Shown: positions 8,030-18,184 of the stretch, in pieces | Numbering within the stretch: position 1 is the first letter of the stretch | Layout of the letters: each line of letters starts with the position of its first letter | The notes under the pieces: generated by a model | The model's database searches: none | Told to the model about the DNA's origin: nothing | What the model saw: only the letters and a program-made list of their open reading frames with translations | Program-made: the position numbers and the translations under genes | NCBI GenBank assembly: GCA_034530875.2 | Contig: JAVRCJ020000001.1 | Location: forward strand, 256,001 to 320,000 | Reading direction: 5' to 3' | Source of the DNA: Nostoc sp. DedSLP01 | Lineage (GTDB): Bacteria; Cyanobacteriota; Cyanobacteriia; Cyanobacteriales; Nostocaceae | DNA: 64,000 nt

Positions 8030-11000
8030 AGTTGGTTTTGTTTGAGTAAATCAGCAATTGCTTTGATTAACACCTCTGGCTCAACAGGTTTGGCAAGGTG
8101 CTGCTGAAAGCCTGCTGCAATTGCCTGCTGATAATTAGCATACCCCCCATAGGCAGTTAAAGCGATCGCCAAAACTTGTCCGCCCTGTTCTGGTGGGAGC
8201 GCTCTGACTTGCTGCATTAGCATATAGCCATCCAGATCTGGCATTCCAATGTCGCTAATTAGCACATCGGGTTGAAATTGGGTGAATAGTTGCAAAGCTT
8301 CGGCTGCGGAAGTGGCTGCGATCGCATTTGCTCCGGATTGTTCCAAGACAAAAGCAATGAACTCTAAGGAATCCGGCTCATTATCTACTACTAAAATTTT
8401 AGTCCCCTGCAAATTAAAAGCACTCTCTAAAGGTTGGCTATCTTGCTGTTGAACAACTTGGGTAGGCATCAGCGGCAATCTCAGGGTAAAAATTGCCCCC
8501 TGTCCTTGACCGGGACTTTCTGCCCACACCGTTCCGCCATGAGCTTCAACAATCTGACGCACGATCGCCAACCCTAAACCCAGTCCTCCAAATTTGCGGG
8601 TAGTTGCACCATCGGCTTGCCGGAAGTAGTCGAATACATAAGGCAAAAAGTTGGGATGAATGCCAATACCTGTGTCGCTCACGGCGATTTGAGCATAGCC
8701 ATCAATTTGCTCTAACCGCACTTCGATCCACCCCCCTTGGGGCGTAAACTTAACCGCATTAGAAATCAGGTTCCAAGCGACTTGCTGTAAACGGGTGGCA
8801 TCTCCCAAAATAGACACAATTTGAGAATCGAGCCTTGTGTTTATTTCAATCGATTTAGCTTGGGCTGCCAACTGTATAGTTTCAATAGCAGCCTGAATGA
8901 TTGTCGCCAGATTGACTTGCTCTACATTGAGACTGAGCTTCCCTTGCAGAATGCTAGAGACATCGAGGAGATCGTCAACCAATCTCGCTTGCAATTTGGC
9001 ATTACGCTCGATTGTTTCCCAAGCTTGGGCGATTTGGGCTGCGTTCAAATTACCTCTTTTAATCAATTGCAGCCAACCTAAAATGGGGTTGAGGGGCGAT
9101 CGCAATTCGTGGGATAGCACTGCCAAAAACTCATCTTTGATGCGGTTTGCTTCCTGCGCTTGGTGGTAGAGTCGGGCGTTAGATAACGCTAATGCTGCCC
9201 GATGTGCTAATTCTTCTGCCACTGCCAGGTCTGCCGGAGTATAGTGGCGATGGGAGTCTGCGGTTAAGCAAATAGTTAAAGCTCCCAGATGACGACCATG
9301 AGCAATCAGAGGTACGGCGATCAGCGATCGTACCTGAAACTCTTCGATAAATTGCAGACAATCAACACAGGCCGCGTTAGTTTCCAGCCATGCCTGGGTG
9401 ATATGAGGCATAAAATTAGCCTTGCCAGTGACAAGCACGTTCGTAAAGGGATGGCTTTCATAATTTGGCGACGGCGCATAACGCTGTAACTGCTCAAACC
9501 AATTGGGTTTTGTTGGATTGCGGTGATGCCAGCCTACTCGTTCGATTTGATAATTGGAATTGAGGATATCAAAGAAACAAAAGTCAGCCAGAAATGGTAC
9601 GGCTAGTCGTGCAATATTAAACAGTGTGGTTTTGTAATCGATCGACCCCGCCAAAACTTTAGTGGCATTTGCCAGAAAATGTTCGCGCTCTTGAGTCTGG
9701 TGTGCTTCGGTTATATCTCGCAGAATCTTGACCAATCCCTGAAGCTTGCCTGCTTCATCGTGCAGTTGCATCATCAAGCCACTGGCAAAGAAACGGCTGC
9801 CATCTTTACGAACGTGCCAGCGTTCATCCTCTGCTCGTCCTTGGTTGAGAACGGTCTGGAGTTCCTGCTCGGCTTGTGCTGCCTCATTATCCTCCGGTGT
9901 AAAGATAATCCGGCCGTGATGACCGATAATTTCTGCTTCTTTGTACCCTAATAACCCTTCGGCTCCAGCATTCCAGCTGGTGATTTGTCCGTTGAGGTCG
10001 AGAGTAAAGATGGCATAATCTTTGGCACTCTCGATAATCAGACGAAAGCGGGATTCACTTTCGTGCAAGGCGGATTCTGCTTGCTGGCGTTTGGCTTTGT
10101 CCAGTTTGCGCTCGGTAATGTCTCGAAAATAAATACTAAAACCAACTTTGCAGGGATAAGCGTGGATCTCTAGCCACATCTTAGAAGTTTCATCAAAGGC
10201 CTCAAAATGTATAGCACCGGATTCTGCCACAATCCGGCGATAAGTTTGCTCTATGACTGTAGCGATCGCCCGGGGTTGCATTTCCTGTTGCGTCTTACCA
10301 ATTATTTCTTCGGGTTGCAGATTCGTTAATCGGGCAGCTTCATGATTGACATAAGTAATTCGCCATTCCGTGTCAACACACACGAAGGCATCTGTAATGC
10401 TTTCAAGAATATCAATGGCTCGTTGCGCAGATTCATCCGAAGCTTGACGGTTCGCTTCAGCTTCACTACGGGCAGCTTGTTCGCGCTGCAAGGCGGCAAG
10501 AGCCGTTTGACGCAGGTGAATACTCTCAAGGGCAGCAGCAGTAAAGTCAGCAAGGCTGGTCACGATCCGCATGTCTTCGGCGTCAAACTGCCGTGCTTCG
10601 TCATGGGAAACAATCCAGATCGTACCCAACGGCTGATTAGCATTCATCAACGGAATAACTAGACCTTCAACGATACGAAATTTTGGTGTTTCCAAGTAGG
10701 TAAAGTACCGTTCGGGATAGGAATAGAGAACGGGAGCTTGGTGGTCTAGACAAGTACCGCAGGGACTAAAGTTTCTCGGCGTTGTCTCTCCCTCACTGCC
10801 TGCTAACGCCCCAGCAAGCGCACTCCAACGAAAGATTTCTTCTCCTTCAGGAGTTACTTCCAGTAAGCTCACACCTGCACTTCCCGCTAAACAAAGCTCT
10901 TGAGCAGCAGCAACCAGAGCTTGCAGCATCATTTGAGGTTGTTCAACCAGTTGCCGAGCCAGCAAATGAAGAGATTCGATTTCAGCCTGTAAATTAGAAG

Positions 11001-11076
11001 TTCTGGGCGATCGCTGAGCTAACGCTGCTGTAATTAAAATATCATCTAAAGTTAGAGAAGGCACTGTCTCAGACAT
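8026..11076 (-). CDS. hybrid sensor histidine kinase (GAF-PAS-PAS-GAF-HisKA-HATPase-REC)
   Basis: SHELRSPL H-box, NAVKFT, GGLGLGL, PAS motifs (ITYVN, WNAGAE), receiver LISDIGMP with intact Asp. Confidence 0.95.
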   Translation of the reverse strand: MSETVPSLTLDDILITAALAQRSPRTSNLQAEIESLHLLARQLVEQPQMMLQALVAAAQELCLAGSAGVSLLEVTPEGEEIFRWSALAGALAGSEGETTPRNFSPCGTCLDHQAPVLYSYPERYFTYLETPKFRIVEGLVIPLMNANQPLGTIWIVSHDEARQFDAEDMRIVTSLADFTAAALESIHLRQTALAALQREQAARSEAEANRQASDESAQRAIDILESITDAFVCVDTEWRITYVNHEAARLTNLQPEEIIGKTQQEMQPRAIATVIEQTYRRIVAESGAIHFEAFDETSKMWLEIHAYPCKVGFSIYFRDITERKLDKAKRQQAESALHESESRFRLIIESAKDYAIFTLDLNGQITSWNAGAEGLLGYKEAEIIGHHGRIIFTPEDNEAAQAEQELQTVLNQGRAEDERWHVRKDGSRFFASGLMMQLHDEAGKLQGLVKILRDITEAHQTQEREHFLANATKVLAGSIDYKTTLFNIARLAVPFLADFCFFDILNSNYQIERVGWHHRNPTKPNWFEQLQRYAPSPNYESHPFTNVLVTGKANFMPHITQAWLETNAACVDCLQFIEEFQVRSLIAVPLIAHGRHLGALTICLTADSHRHYTPADLAVAEELAHRAALALSNARLYHQAQEANRIKDEFLAVLSHELRSPLNPILGWLQLIKRGNLNAAQIAQAWETIERNAKLQARLVDDLLDVSSILQGKLSLNVEQVNLATIIQAAIETIQLAAQAKSIEINTRLDSQIVSILGDATRLQQVAWNLISNAVKFTPQGGWIEVRLEQIDGYAQIAVSDTGIGIHPNFLPYVFDYFRQADGATTRKFGGLGLGLAIVRQIVEAHGGTVWAESPGQGQGAIFTLRLPLMPTQVVQQQDSQPLESAFNLQGTKILVVDNEPDSLEFIAFVLEQSGANAIAATSAAEALQLFTQFQPDVLISDIGMPDLDGYMLMQQVRALPPEQGGQVLAIALTAYGGYANYQQAIAAGFQQHLAKPVEPEVLIKAIADLLKQNQL

Positions 11077-11286
11077 CTAATCCCCCTCTGAAAAATCATG
11101 TTTTATTGAAGGAGGCAGGAGGCAGGAGGCAGAAGGTACAGTATATTCGCACTTGCACCGATTCACCGTTTTAAAATAAACACCTAACTTAGCAGTAAAT
11201 TTACCCTGATACTGATGGAGTTGCTGCCGCAACCCACGCACTAAATTTACCATCTCGACGGATTTTGGTTTTGTCAGGGTCATCAT
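11077..11286 (-). CDS. small hypothetical protein directly upstream of the kinase
   Basis: AGGAG ribosome-binding site before ATG; stop abuts the kinase start; 3' part overlaps a heptamer repeat. Confidence 0.35.
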   Translation of the reverse strand: MMTLTKPKSVEMVNLVRGLRQQLHQYQGKFTAKLGVYFKTVNRCKCEYTVPSASCLLPPSIKHDFSEGD

Positions 11287-11549
11287 TGCTCCTAATTAGG
11301 TGAAATCATAATAGGATAAATGAGAGATGTTTGTTCACCTTCTGAAGAGAGATTAGAACCTTTTCTAAAGATAGTGGGATGGCGTGATGTTTTTGCACGG
11401 ATGAGGTGACGGAGGAACAGCGAACAGTTTGAAAAAAGATGCGGCAATCTGCTTAAAAACTTAGACTGTGGCTAGAACTTAATTGGATAAAAAAGCTCTA
11501 ATTTCAGCGCGGCTGATGTCAGTAAAAGTGTGGTGGATACTTAAAGTTT

Positions 11550-11790
11550 TAGAGGATGTTTGAAAAGTTTTGAGCGAATTATATTCGCTACTACACAAGC
11601 GAAGTCTGCGTAGGCAGACTAACAGAAAATTTGGGTTTTTTAACTCACGTTCGCCCTTGGCGTTCCCGTTCGCGTAGCGTCTCCGTCAGGAGAAGGGTAG
11701 GTGGGTAAAGTCTCGTGTAGCCGCGACTTCTCATCGCCAAGGCTAGTATTAATTTAGACTTGATAACGAGAGACTTTTGAATGCAATCTT
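11550..11790. mobile_element. degenerate MITE-like element with nested short palindromes
   Basis: Left end TAGAGGATGTTTGAAAAGT; degenerate right end ACTTTTGAATGCAATCT; GC-rich internal hairpins. Confidence 0.4.
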
Positions 11791-12636
11791 CATTCAATGC
11801 TGCCATCAACAAAATACGAATAAATGGAAATTTTGCGTTTCCTACTTTTTTGCAGAAGCAAGATATGCAATGCTAACCCATAGCAAATAAAAGACCCGTT
11901 TAAGAGCGATCGCTCTTTTTAAAAGACAGATTACATTATCCCAATTACTACATCTCGATCGGCTATTTCGTAGCTATGCGATCGGAATTTGATAATTTCA
12001 GTTTATACGCGTAAAGCACCGCTAGTAATTTTGTCTTCAAGTGCTGCTTTTAGTGCAGCCACTTCAGCCTTTAATGCATAGGTGCGTTGGCTAGCACCTA
12101 TGGCAGCGATTAGTCTATTACAACTACAACTGCAATCAAGTTGCTAAGCCATCTCTAGAAAGTAGTTTTTATAAAAATTTATGTATTTTGTATTATTTAG
12201 AATAACAAAAAATATAAAGTTAATAAAATGAGCTAAATTGTTGTGAAAAAATTCTGCTGAGATTGATTAAATTAATTTGTTAGTATAAAGTATTTGTTAT
12301 TCTTTTGTAAAGAGTTTAATTAATTTTAAGAAAATTAATTAACAATGTAAAATATTGCTCAATTTATAAATTTTTATTATTTATCGTGATTCAAAAAATT
12401 TAATTTCTCAAAATTAAAATAGTGAATTAGCCTAGAAAATAAACTATTTTCATGAAAATCAAACAGCTAAAACCCGCTTTAATACTGCCTTCTGTTTCCT
12501 AAATTTTGCTTTAGCCCAGCAATAAATATTGATGCCGAAGTACTTAATAAAACCCTCCATATTGCCAAGATATCGACTTTTGAGGTTCATCGATAGCGGG
12601 CTTTGACTAGAGTTTTTTTGAGATGAGAAACCGAAG

Positions 12637-12654
12637 GGTACGAAACCGTACAGA
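12637..12654 (+). promoter_or_regulatory. putative Crp-family operator GGTACGAAACCGTACAGA
   Basis: Perfect GTACG-N4-CGTAC palindrome upstream of crp copy 3. Confidence 0.55.
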
Positions 12655-12918
12655 TTTTTGTCTTGAAATGCGTGTAATTTTGTACCCACTTTGATATTTT
12701 AAACAAGTTTAAAGCACAATGGTACGCTTGAAGGGTCTTAACTGTCTTTTGTCACTTTTAGAAAACGCAATCCATCAAAAGCTTATGGACTTTAGTTTAG
12801 ATTTTTTGCCTACAAATTTTACATTATAGAGCAAAAATAAAGCCTCAAACCTTGATGAAACCGAAGTTTCAGAATTTTGCTTCGATTATTGTTTTTTGAG
12901 AGTGACAACACAGGATTA

Positions 12919-13641
12919 ATGTCTGTATCTAACCAGCCTCATCTGTCAACAAAAAATCAGATACTCGCTTCACTGCCAGCTACTGAGTATCAACGTCTAG
13001 TTCCCCACTTAGAGCCAGTAAATCTTCCAATTAGGCAAGTCCTTTATGCAGCAGGAGAACCGATCACACACGTCTATTTTCTCAGTCACGCAGTAGCTTC
13101 TTTAGTCTGTAATCTAGAAGATGGCTCGACCGTTGAAGCAGGTGTAATCAGTAATGATGGTATGGTGGGTCTTCCTGTAATTTGGGGTGGTAATTCTACA
13201 ACCACAACTGCGTTTATACAGACTGCTGGCAGTGGTATGAAGATGAAGGCAGAGGTACTAATAGAGGAGTTTAATCGGGGCAAAGAGCTTCAACGTTTAC
13301 TGTTGCGTTACACTCAAGCACTGTTTACCCAGGTTACACAAACGGCAGCCTGCAACCGCCTGCATACTATTGAAGAGCGACTCGCCCGTTGGTTGCTAAT
13401 AGTCGGCGACCGTATGCAATCAGATACATTCCCTCTGACTCAAGAATTTATTGCTCAGATGTTAGGCTGTCGCCGTTCTGGTGTCACGGTGGCTGCTGGC
13501 ACACTTAGCCGCGCTGGAATTATTAGCTACAAGCGTGGAAATATTACCATTTTGAATCGTGACGACTTGGAAAATACATCTTGTGAGTGTTATTCCATCA
13601 TTAAAAACGAGTATGCTCGGTTGCTAGGCACACAGAGCTAA
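12919..13641 (+). CDS. Crp/Fnr family transcriptional regulator (copy 3; ORF open from 12877)
   Basis: TAACN, EERLARWLL, LTQEFIAQMLGCRRSGVT, CECY; AGGA before ATG 12919. Confidence 0.95.
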   Translation: MSVSNQPHLSTKNQILASLPATEYQRLVPHLEPVNLPIRQVLYAAGEPITHVYFLSHAVASLVCNLEDGSTVEAGVISNDGMVGLPVIWGGNSTTTTAFIQTAGSGMKMKAEVLIEEFNRGKELQRLLLRYTQALFTQVTQTAACNRLHTIEERLARWLLIVGDRMQSDTFPLTQEFIAQMLGCRRSGVTVAAGTLSRAGIISYKRGNITILNRDDLENTSCECYSIIKNEYARLLGTQS

Positions 13642-13949
13642 CTACGATCTACTGCGGTAAGTACAAAACTAATGTTTCGATCTGCCAGCCGCAACTTTGC
13701 GATCGGCTAGCGCTATAGCAGCTTGTAGATGCAAAGGTGCGATCGCACAATATATAGAATGCGTTAACATTAATGAAGACATCAAGCTAAACGTATTACT
13801 GCTGTATACGCTAATGCTCCTGTTGTAAGTTATTAAACTTGCAACTAAACAAAGTAATTCACCTTTTGACATATTGGGATTAGTCCCTAACTCCTCTCAG
13901 TTGCCATTAGTTGCTGAAGTACCCAAAACAGCACGCTTGGAGGTTTTTT

Positions 13950-14666
13950 ATGTCTGTCTCTAAAGTGCCTCATCCACCAGTAGTAAATAAAATACTCGCT
14001 TCACTATCAGCTACTGAGTATCAACGTCTTATTCCTCACTTAGAGCAAGTAGAGCTTACATTTAAGCAAGTCCTTTACGAAGCAGGCGAACCAATCACAC
14101 ACGTCTATTTTCTCAGTCGCGCAGTCGCTTCTTTAGTCTGTAACCAAGAAGATGGCTCAACTGTTGAATCTGGTATAGTGAGCAATGATGGTATCGTGGG
14201 TCTTCCCGTAATTTGGGGCGGTAACTCTACAACTACAAGCGCGTTTATCCAAGTTCCAGACACTGCTATGAGGATGAGAGCCGAAGTACTAATAGCGGAG
14301 TTCAATCGGGGTGGAGAACTTCAACGTTTGTTGTTGCGTTACACTCAAGCACTGTTCACCCAGGTTACACAAACGGCAGCTTGCAACCGTCTGCATACCA
14401 TTGAAGAGCGACTCGCCCGTTGGCTGCTGCTAATTTCTGACCGTATACAATCAGATACATTCCCTTTGACTCAAGAATTTCTTTCTCACATGCTGGGCTG
14501 TCGCCGTTCTGGTGTTACCGTGGCTGCTGGCACACTTAGCCGCGCTGGAATGATTAGCTATAAGCGTGGAAATATTAACATCCTGAATCGTGACGACTTG
14601 GAAAATACGTCTTGTGAGTGTTATTCCATCATCAAAAGCGAGTATGCTCGGTTGCTGGACATATAG
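13950..14666 (+). CDS. Crp/Fnr family transcriptional regulator (copy 4; tandem duplicate of copy 3)
   Basis: Very high similarity to 12919-13641; GGAGG before ATG 13950. Confidence 0.95.
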   Translation: MSVSKVPHPPVVNKILASLSATEYQRLIPHLEQVELTFKQVLYEAGEPITHVYFLSRAVASLVCNQEDGSTVESGIVSNDGIVGLPVIWGGNSTTTSAFIQVPDTAMRMRAEVLIAEFNRGGELQRLLLRYTQALFTQVTQTAACNRLHTIEERLARWLLLISDRIQSDTFPLTQEFLSHMLGCRRSGVTVAAGTLSRAGMISYKRGNINILNRDDLENTSCECYSIIKSEYARLLDI

Positions 14667-14693
14667 AGCTAGCTATGGTCATTAAAAGCTTAA

Positions 14694-14711
14694 TGTGCGG
14701 AACCGTACAGA
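14694..14711 (+). promoter_or_regulatory. putative Crp-family operator TGTGCGGAACCGTACAGA
   Basis: TGTGC-N6-GTACA, Crp spacing; upstream of the receiver gene at 14895. Confidence 0.55.
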
Positions 14712-14894
14712 CTGCTTATGTGAAGCAAGTGTAAACTAAGACATATATAAATGAGTGTTATTTTAATTTCTTAATCAAAGTGTTTAAAAGCAGATACTCA
14801 ACGCTCTGCTTAATAGAATTTATAATTGTGATTATCAAATAGGATATTTCTATCTTCGTCAAAAATTTTCTCAATTCATAATACAGAAGATACA

Positions 14895-15332
14895 GTGTTT
14901 TTACGGAAAAGTTCGTTTGCTGAATCGCCATCTCTTAATGGTTTGAGAATACTTGTCGTAGATAATAATGATGATTGCTTGTGCATGATTAAGTTGATTT
15001 TTGAAGATTGCCAAGCTGAAATTAAAACTGCAATATCTGTGCAACAAGCGATACAGATAATAGAAGAGTGGAAACCTCATATTTTAATTAGCGAAATCGC
15101 TCTACCTGGTCAAGACGGTTATTCACTAATTCGCTTCATTAGGAATAAAGAAGCGAATTGTGGAGGGTTTATTCCGGCGATCGCTCTTACAAATTATCTA
15201 GATCTGGAATACGTTAACACAGCAATTAATGCAGGTTTTCAAGACGTTATTTATAAACCTTTTGCTCTTCATGAATTAGTTGAAACAGTGGCGAATCTTG
15301 CACAAACAATGTCTTTAAACTCCTTAGTTTGA
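14895..15332 (+). CDS. CheY-like single-domain response regulator (Asp replaced by Glu)
   Basis: ILVVD, PHILISEI, DGYSL, AIALT, KPF; paralogue of 6380-6817. Confidence 0.9.
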   Translation: MFLRKSSFAESPSLNGLRILVVDNNDDCLCMIKLIFEDCQAEIKTAISVQQAIQIIEEWKPHILISEIALPGQDGYSLIRFIRNKEANCGGFIPAIALTNYLDLEYVNTAINAGFQDVIYKPFALHELVETVANLAQTMSLNSLV

Positions 15333-15375
15333 GTATTGAGAGATTGTAAAGTCGTTAGTGCAAGCAGATTTCATT

Positions 15376-15542
15376 TACAGCAGATTGCAAGTAGTGAGGT
15401 ACAACCAGGAGTGATTCATCAAACATAAAGAGTTTCTTTCTAACTCCTTCCTTCTGCCGACGCTCGCGGACACGGCGAATCGCTGCTCTATCCTGCCTCA
15501 AAACCCGTAACTTTGTACCTCATGTAAATGAAAACTGCTGTA
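15376..15542. mobile_element. MITE-like element
   Basis: Imperfect ~28-bp terminal inverted repeats TACAGCAG...TGAGGTACA / TGTACCTCA...CTGCTGTA. Confidence 0.6.
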
Positions 15543-15839
15543 TAAAGATTAGTTTTGGTTGATTTGAGGGTAGTTTATCTAGGAGTCAGTCTTGGGTACA
15601 GTACCCCAAATTTAGTGTGACATAGCACAATGCTGAAGCGATCGCTAGGATATTCTGGGTCAAGTGGCACATAAGCACCACCCAGATAGCAGTAATGTAT
15701 AATTTTTAACCTTCAGTCTTTTAATGTGTAAAGTTGACAAAGCATTGATAAAGCAGATAGGCACAAATATGATGTTATATATGCAAAATTTAAATCTATA
15801 AAAATTACGCTAGTAAATCAGGATTTTTAAGTCAACATT

Positions 15840-16076
15840 ATGGAGCAAAGCCACCGACCAGAGCACTACGACGCACAGCGAGAGTTTGAAGAAGCCCTCG
15901 AGCAACTCGAGGATATCCTACAAGAAAGTCCTGCTGAGGATGAAGATATACCAAAATTGTATACTGAAAGTGCTACTGAAGTTGAACCCGCTGAAGATTT
16001 GACAGATATTGATTTAGCAGCCTTTGAGGACGCTGTTGCTGATATTGAACAATATCTGGAGCAAAAAACAAAATAA
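15840..16076 (+). CDS. small acidic hypothetical protein
   Basis: Clean 78-aa ORF with two amphipathic acidic helices (FEEALEQLEDIL; AFEDAVADIEQYL). Confidence 0.75.
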   Translation: MEQSHRPEHYDAQREFEEALEQLEDILQESPAEDEDIPKLYTESATEVEPAEDLTDIDLAAFEDAVADIEQYLEQKTK

Positions 16077-16170
16077 AAGCTTGTGTATGGGGCATTGGGC
16101 ATTGGGCATTGGTTATTCTTTCTTCCCCTGCCTCCCTTGCTCCCTCTGCTCTCCCTGCTTTCTTATTGCC

Positions 16171-16956
16171 TCATCCCTCTTGACTCATTTGCCGCTGAGC
16201 TTCGTACAACATCAAAGCAGCTGCGATCGCCACATTCAAAGACTCTACTCCAGGGCTTAAGGGAATTTTCACTTGGCAATCTGCCATTGCTGCTAAATCT
16301 GGTGACAAACCAGCACCTTCGTTCCCCAGTAAAATTAAACTCGGTTTTCGCCAGTCTACTTGCCAATAAGTTAATGTGGCGCTAGGTAAGGTTGCTATTA
16401 CCTGCATTCCTGCTTGCTGGCTTTGTTGCACTGTCGCCTTTAAATCTTCGCTTACTGCCGTTGCCAGGCGAAACCATTGTCCGGCTGAAGCACGGAGAAC
16501 TTTAGGATTATCTAAATCTACGCTATCTCCACTCAACCACAAGCCAGACGCCCCAGCCGCCGCCGCAGTGCGAATCATCGTACCCAGGTTACCGGGATCT
16601 TGTACTGTTTCTAAAGCTAGGACTAAACCAGTAAATGGTACTTGAGTTTGGCAATTGCTTCGTTTTGCTGTTGCCACTACACCATCTGGTTGGACTGTGG
16701 TGGCGATCGCATCTAAAATTTCTTTACTGACAATTTCGGCGCGATCGCATTGGCTGCAAGCTTTCTCCCACAATGACAAATGGCTGGCTTGCCAATCTGG
16801 AGTACAACACACTGTCTCTAGCGGGTAATTCACCGCACAAGCTTCTTCTAACAAGTGCGTCCCTTCTAGCAAAAATAAATCCTGCTTGTGTCGCTCCTTG
16901 GTTGAGTGAAGTTTGCGGATTTGCTTGACTAGGGGATTCTGTAAGCTGGTTAACAT
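16171..16956 (-). CDS. TrmH/SpoU family RNA 2'-O-methyltransferase
   Basis: QDPGNLGTMIRTA, GNEGAGL and ESLNVA motifs. Confidence 0.95.
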   Translation of the reverse strand: MLTSLQNPLVKQIRKLHSTKERHKQDLFLLEGTHLLEEACAVNYPLETVCCTPDWQASHLSLWEKACSQCDRAEIVSKEILDAIATTVQPDGVVATAKRSNCQTQVPFTGLVLALETVQDPGNLGTMIRTAAAAGASGLWLSGDSVDLDNPKVLRASAGQWFRLATAVSEDLKATVQQSQQAGMQVIATLPSATLTYWQVDWRKPSLILLGNEGAGLSPDLAAMADCQVKIPLSPGVESLNVAIAAALMLYEAQRQMSQEG

Positions 16957-16963
16957 CAAAAAA

Positions 16964-17030
16964 TTAGGAGTTAAAAGTTAAAAGTTAGGAGTTAAAACAA
17001 ACTCTTAACTCCTAACTTTTAACTCCCAAA
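16964..17030. repeat. inverted heptamer STRR repeats (AGGAGTT/AAAAGTT) forming a hairpin 3' of the tRNA
   Basis: ttaggagttaaaagttaaaagttaggagtt ... aactcttaactcctaacttttaactcc. Confidence 0.7.
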
Positions 17031-17041
17031 CTTAAAAAATA

Positions 17042-17123
17042 TGCGGAACCCGGGACTTGAACCCGGAAGCCTTGCGGCACTAGAACCTGAATCTAGCGCG
17101 TCTGCCAATTCCGCCAGTTCCGC
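17042..17123 (-). tRNA. trnL: tRNA-Leu(CAG)
   Basis: Reverse complement GCGGAACTGGCGGAATTGGCAGACGCGCTAGATTCAGGTTCTAGTGCCGCAAGGCTTCCGGGTTCAAGTCCCGGGTTCCGCA: anticodon CAG, long variable arm, no encoded CCA. Confidence 0.97.
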
Positions 17124-17464
17124 TGGCAATTATCTTTATCCACAATTTCTCATTGTTGCGTATTTTTTTACGTTTGTCAAGTGCAAAAAAGGCAAAATAA
17201 CGAAGGCAGGAGGCAGGAGGCTGTTTTTGTAACGAGGATTTATACCCCATTCCAAAAACTTTTCGCCTAAAAAGGCTGTCTTTCTTCTCTTCTCTACGAG
17301 ATGCTCCGCTTTCCGTTGCGGTACGAAGTCCGGTTTTAGACCCGATTGTTTCGATAATTGGGTATTTATTTTTACTTTTATCTTTTTATAGCAGTTGCCA
17401 GTAAAACTCCGACACAAAGAGACTTTCAAGCTCATTGCCTATTGCCTGTTCGCTGCTATATTTC

Positions 17465-18184
17465 TTAAGGTACTAACCCGGCACGCAAGGCACGAACAGC
17501 GGCCTGTGTACGGTCAGCAACACAGAGTTTGTTGAGAATACCTCGAACGTGAGTTTTGACAGTACCAACTGTAAGATAGAGCCTTTTGGCGATTTCTGCA
17601 TTGTCACAGCCAGCAACAATCAACTCTAAAACATCCATTTCGCGTTGAGTCAAAGGATAAGTGACGATAGTTTTTTCAATATCTGGGTCGATACCTTCAA
17701 TCAACACTCTTTTTGTGGCTGTTCCTCTGTTGCCCTCGGGGAAATCTTGGCGTATTTGCTGTAGTACAAGATCTGCGATCGCGGGATCGATCCACGAACT
17801 CCCTGCGTAGGTTGTTCGCACAGCTTCTATTAGCCTTTCGCTTTCGATATCCTTCATGCAATAAGAATCGGCACCTGCTGCAAATGCTGCTAACACTGCC
17901 TGTTCGCTATTTTGCATTGTTAAAATCAGCAGCTTTGTTGTATAGTCTTCATTCTCTGCCTGATATTGCCTAATTGTCCGCGTTAGCTCGATACCATCCA
18001 TATCAGGCAAACCAATGTCAATAGTAGCAACATCAGGCTTGAGAGTCTTCACAAGCTCGATTCCATCTGCGGCATTGGCTGCTTCACCAACAATGTTTAT
18101 TTCTGGCTGGGTTTGCAAGGCAGCCCGCAAACCAATTCTCGTAAGGTTATGATCTTCGATCACGAGGATCTTGATTTCATCCAT
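17465..18184 (-). CDS. NarL/LuxR family response regulator (OrrA-like)
   Basis: IEDH...DIGLPDMDG receiver; LTQREMDVL...TVKTHV LuxR HTH. Confidence 0.93.
   Translation of the reverse strand: MDEIKILVIEDHNLTRIGLRAALQTQPEINIVGEAANAADGIELVKTLKPDVATIDIGLPDMDGIELTRTIRQYQAENEDYTTKLLILTMQNSEQAVLAAFAAGADSYCMKDIESERLIEAVRTTYAGSSWIDPAIADLVLQQIRQDFPEGNRGTATKRVLIEGIDPDIEKTIVTYPLTQREMDVLELIVAGCDNAEIAKRLYLTVGTVKTHVRGILNKLCVADRTQAAVRALRAGLVP

Noticed and set aside
13738..13749. GTGCGATCGCAC as another Crp operator
   Set aside because: Spacing is wrong and it is explained by a HIP1 site.
5036..14666. Call any Crp paralogue ntcA or a cAMP receptor
   Set aside because: Recognition helices (RRAGVT/RRSGVT) and the CEC tail differ from NtcA and from canonical CRP.
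17042..17123. tRNA-Leu as an integration site for an island
   Set aside because: No integrase and no duplicated tRNA 3' end seen in the window.
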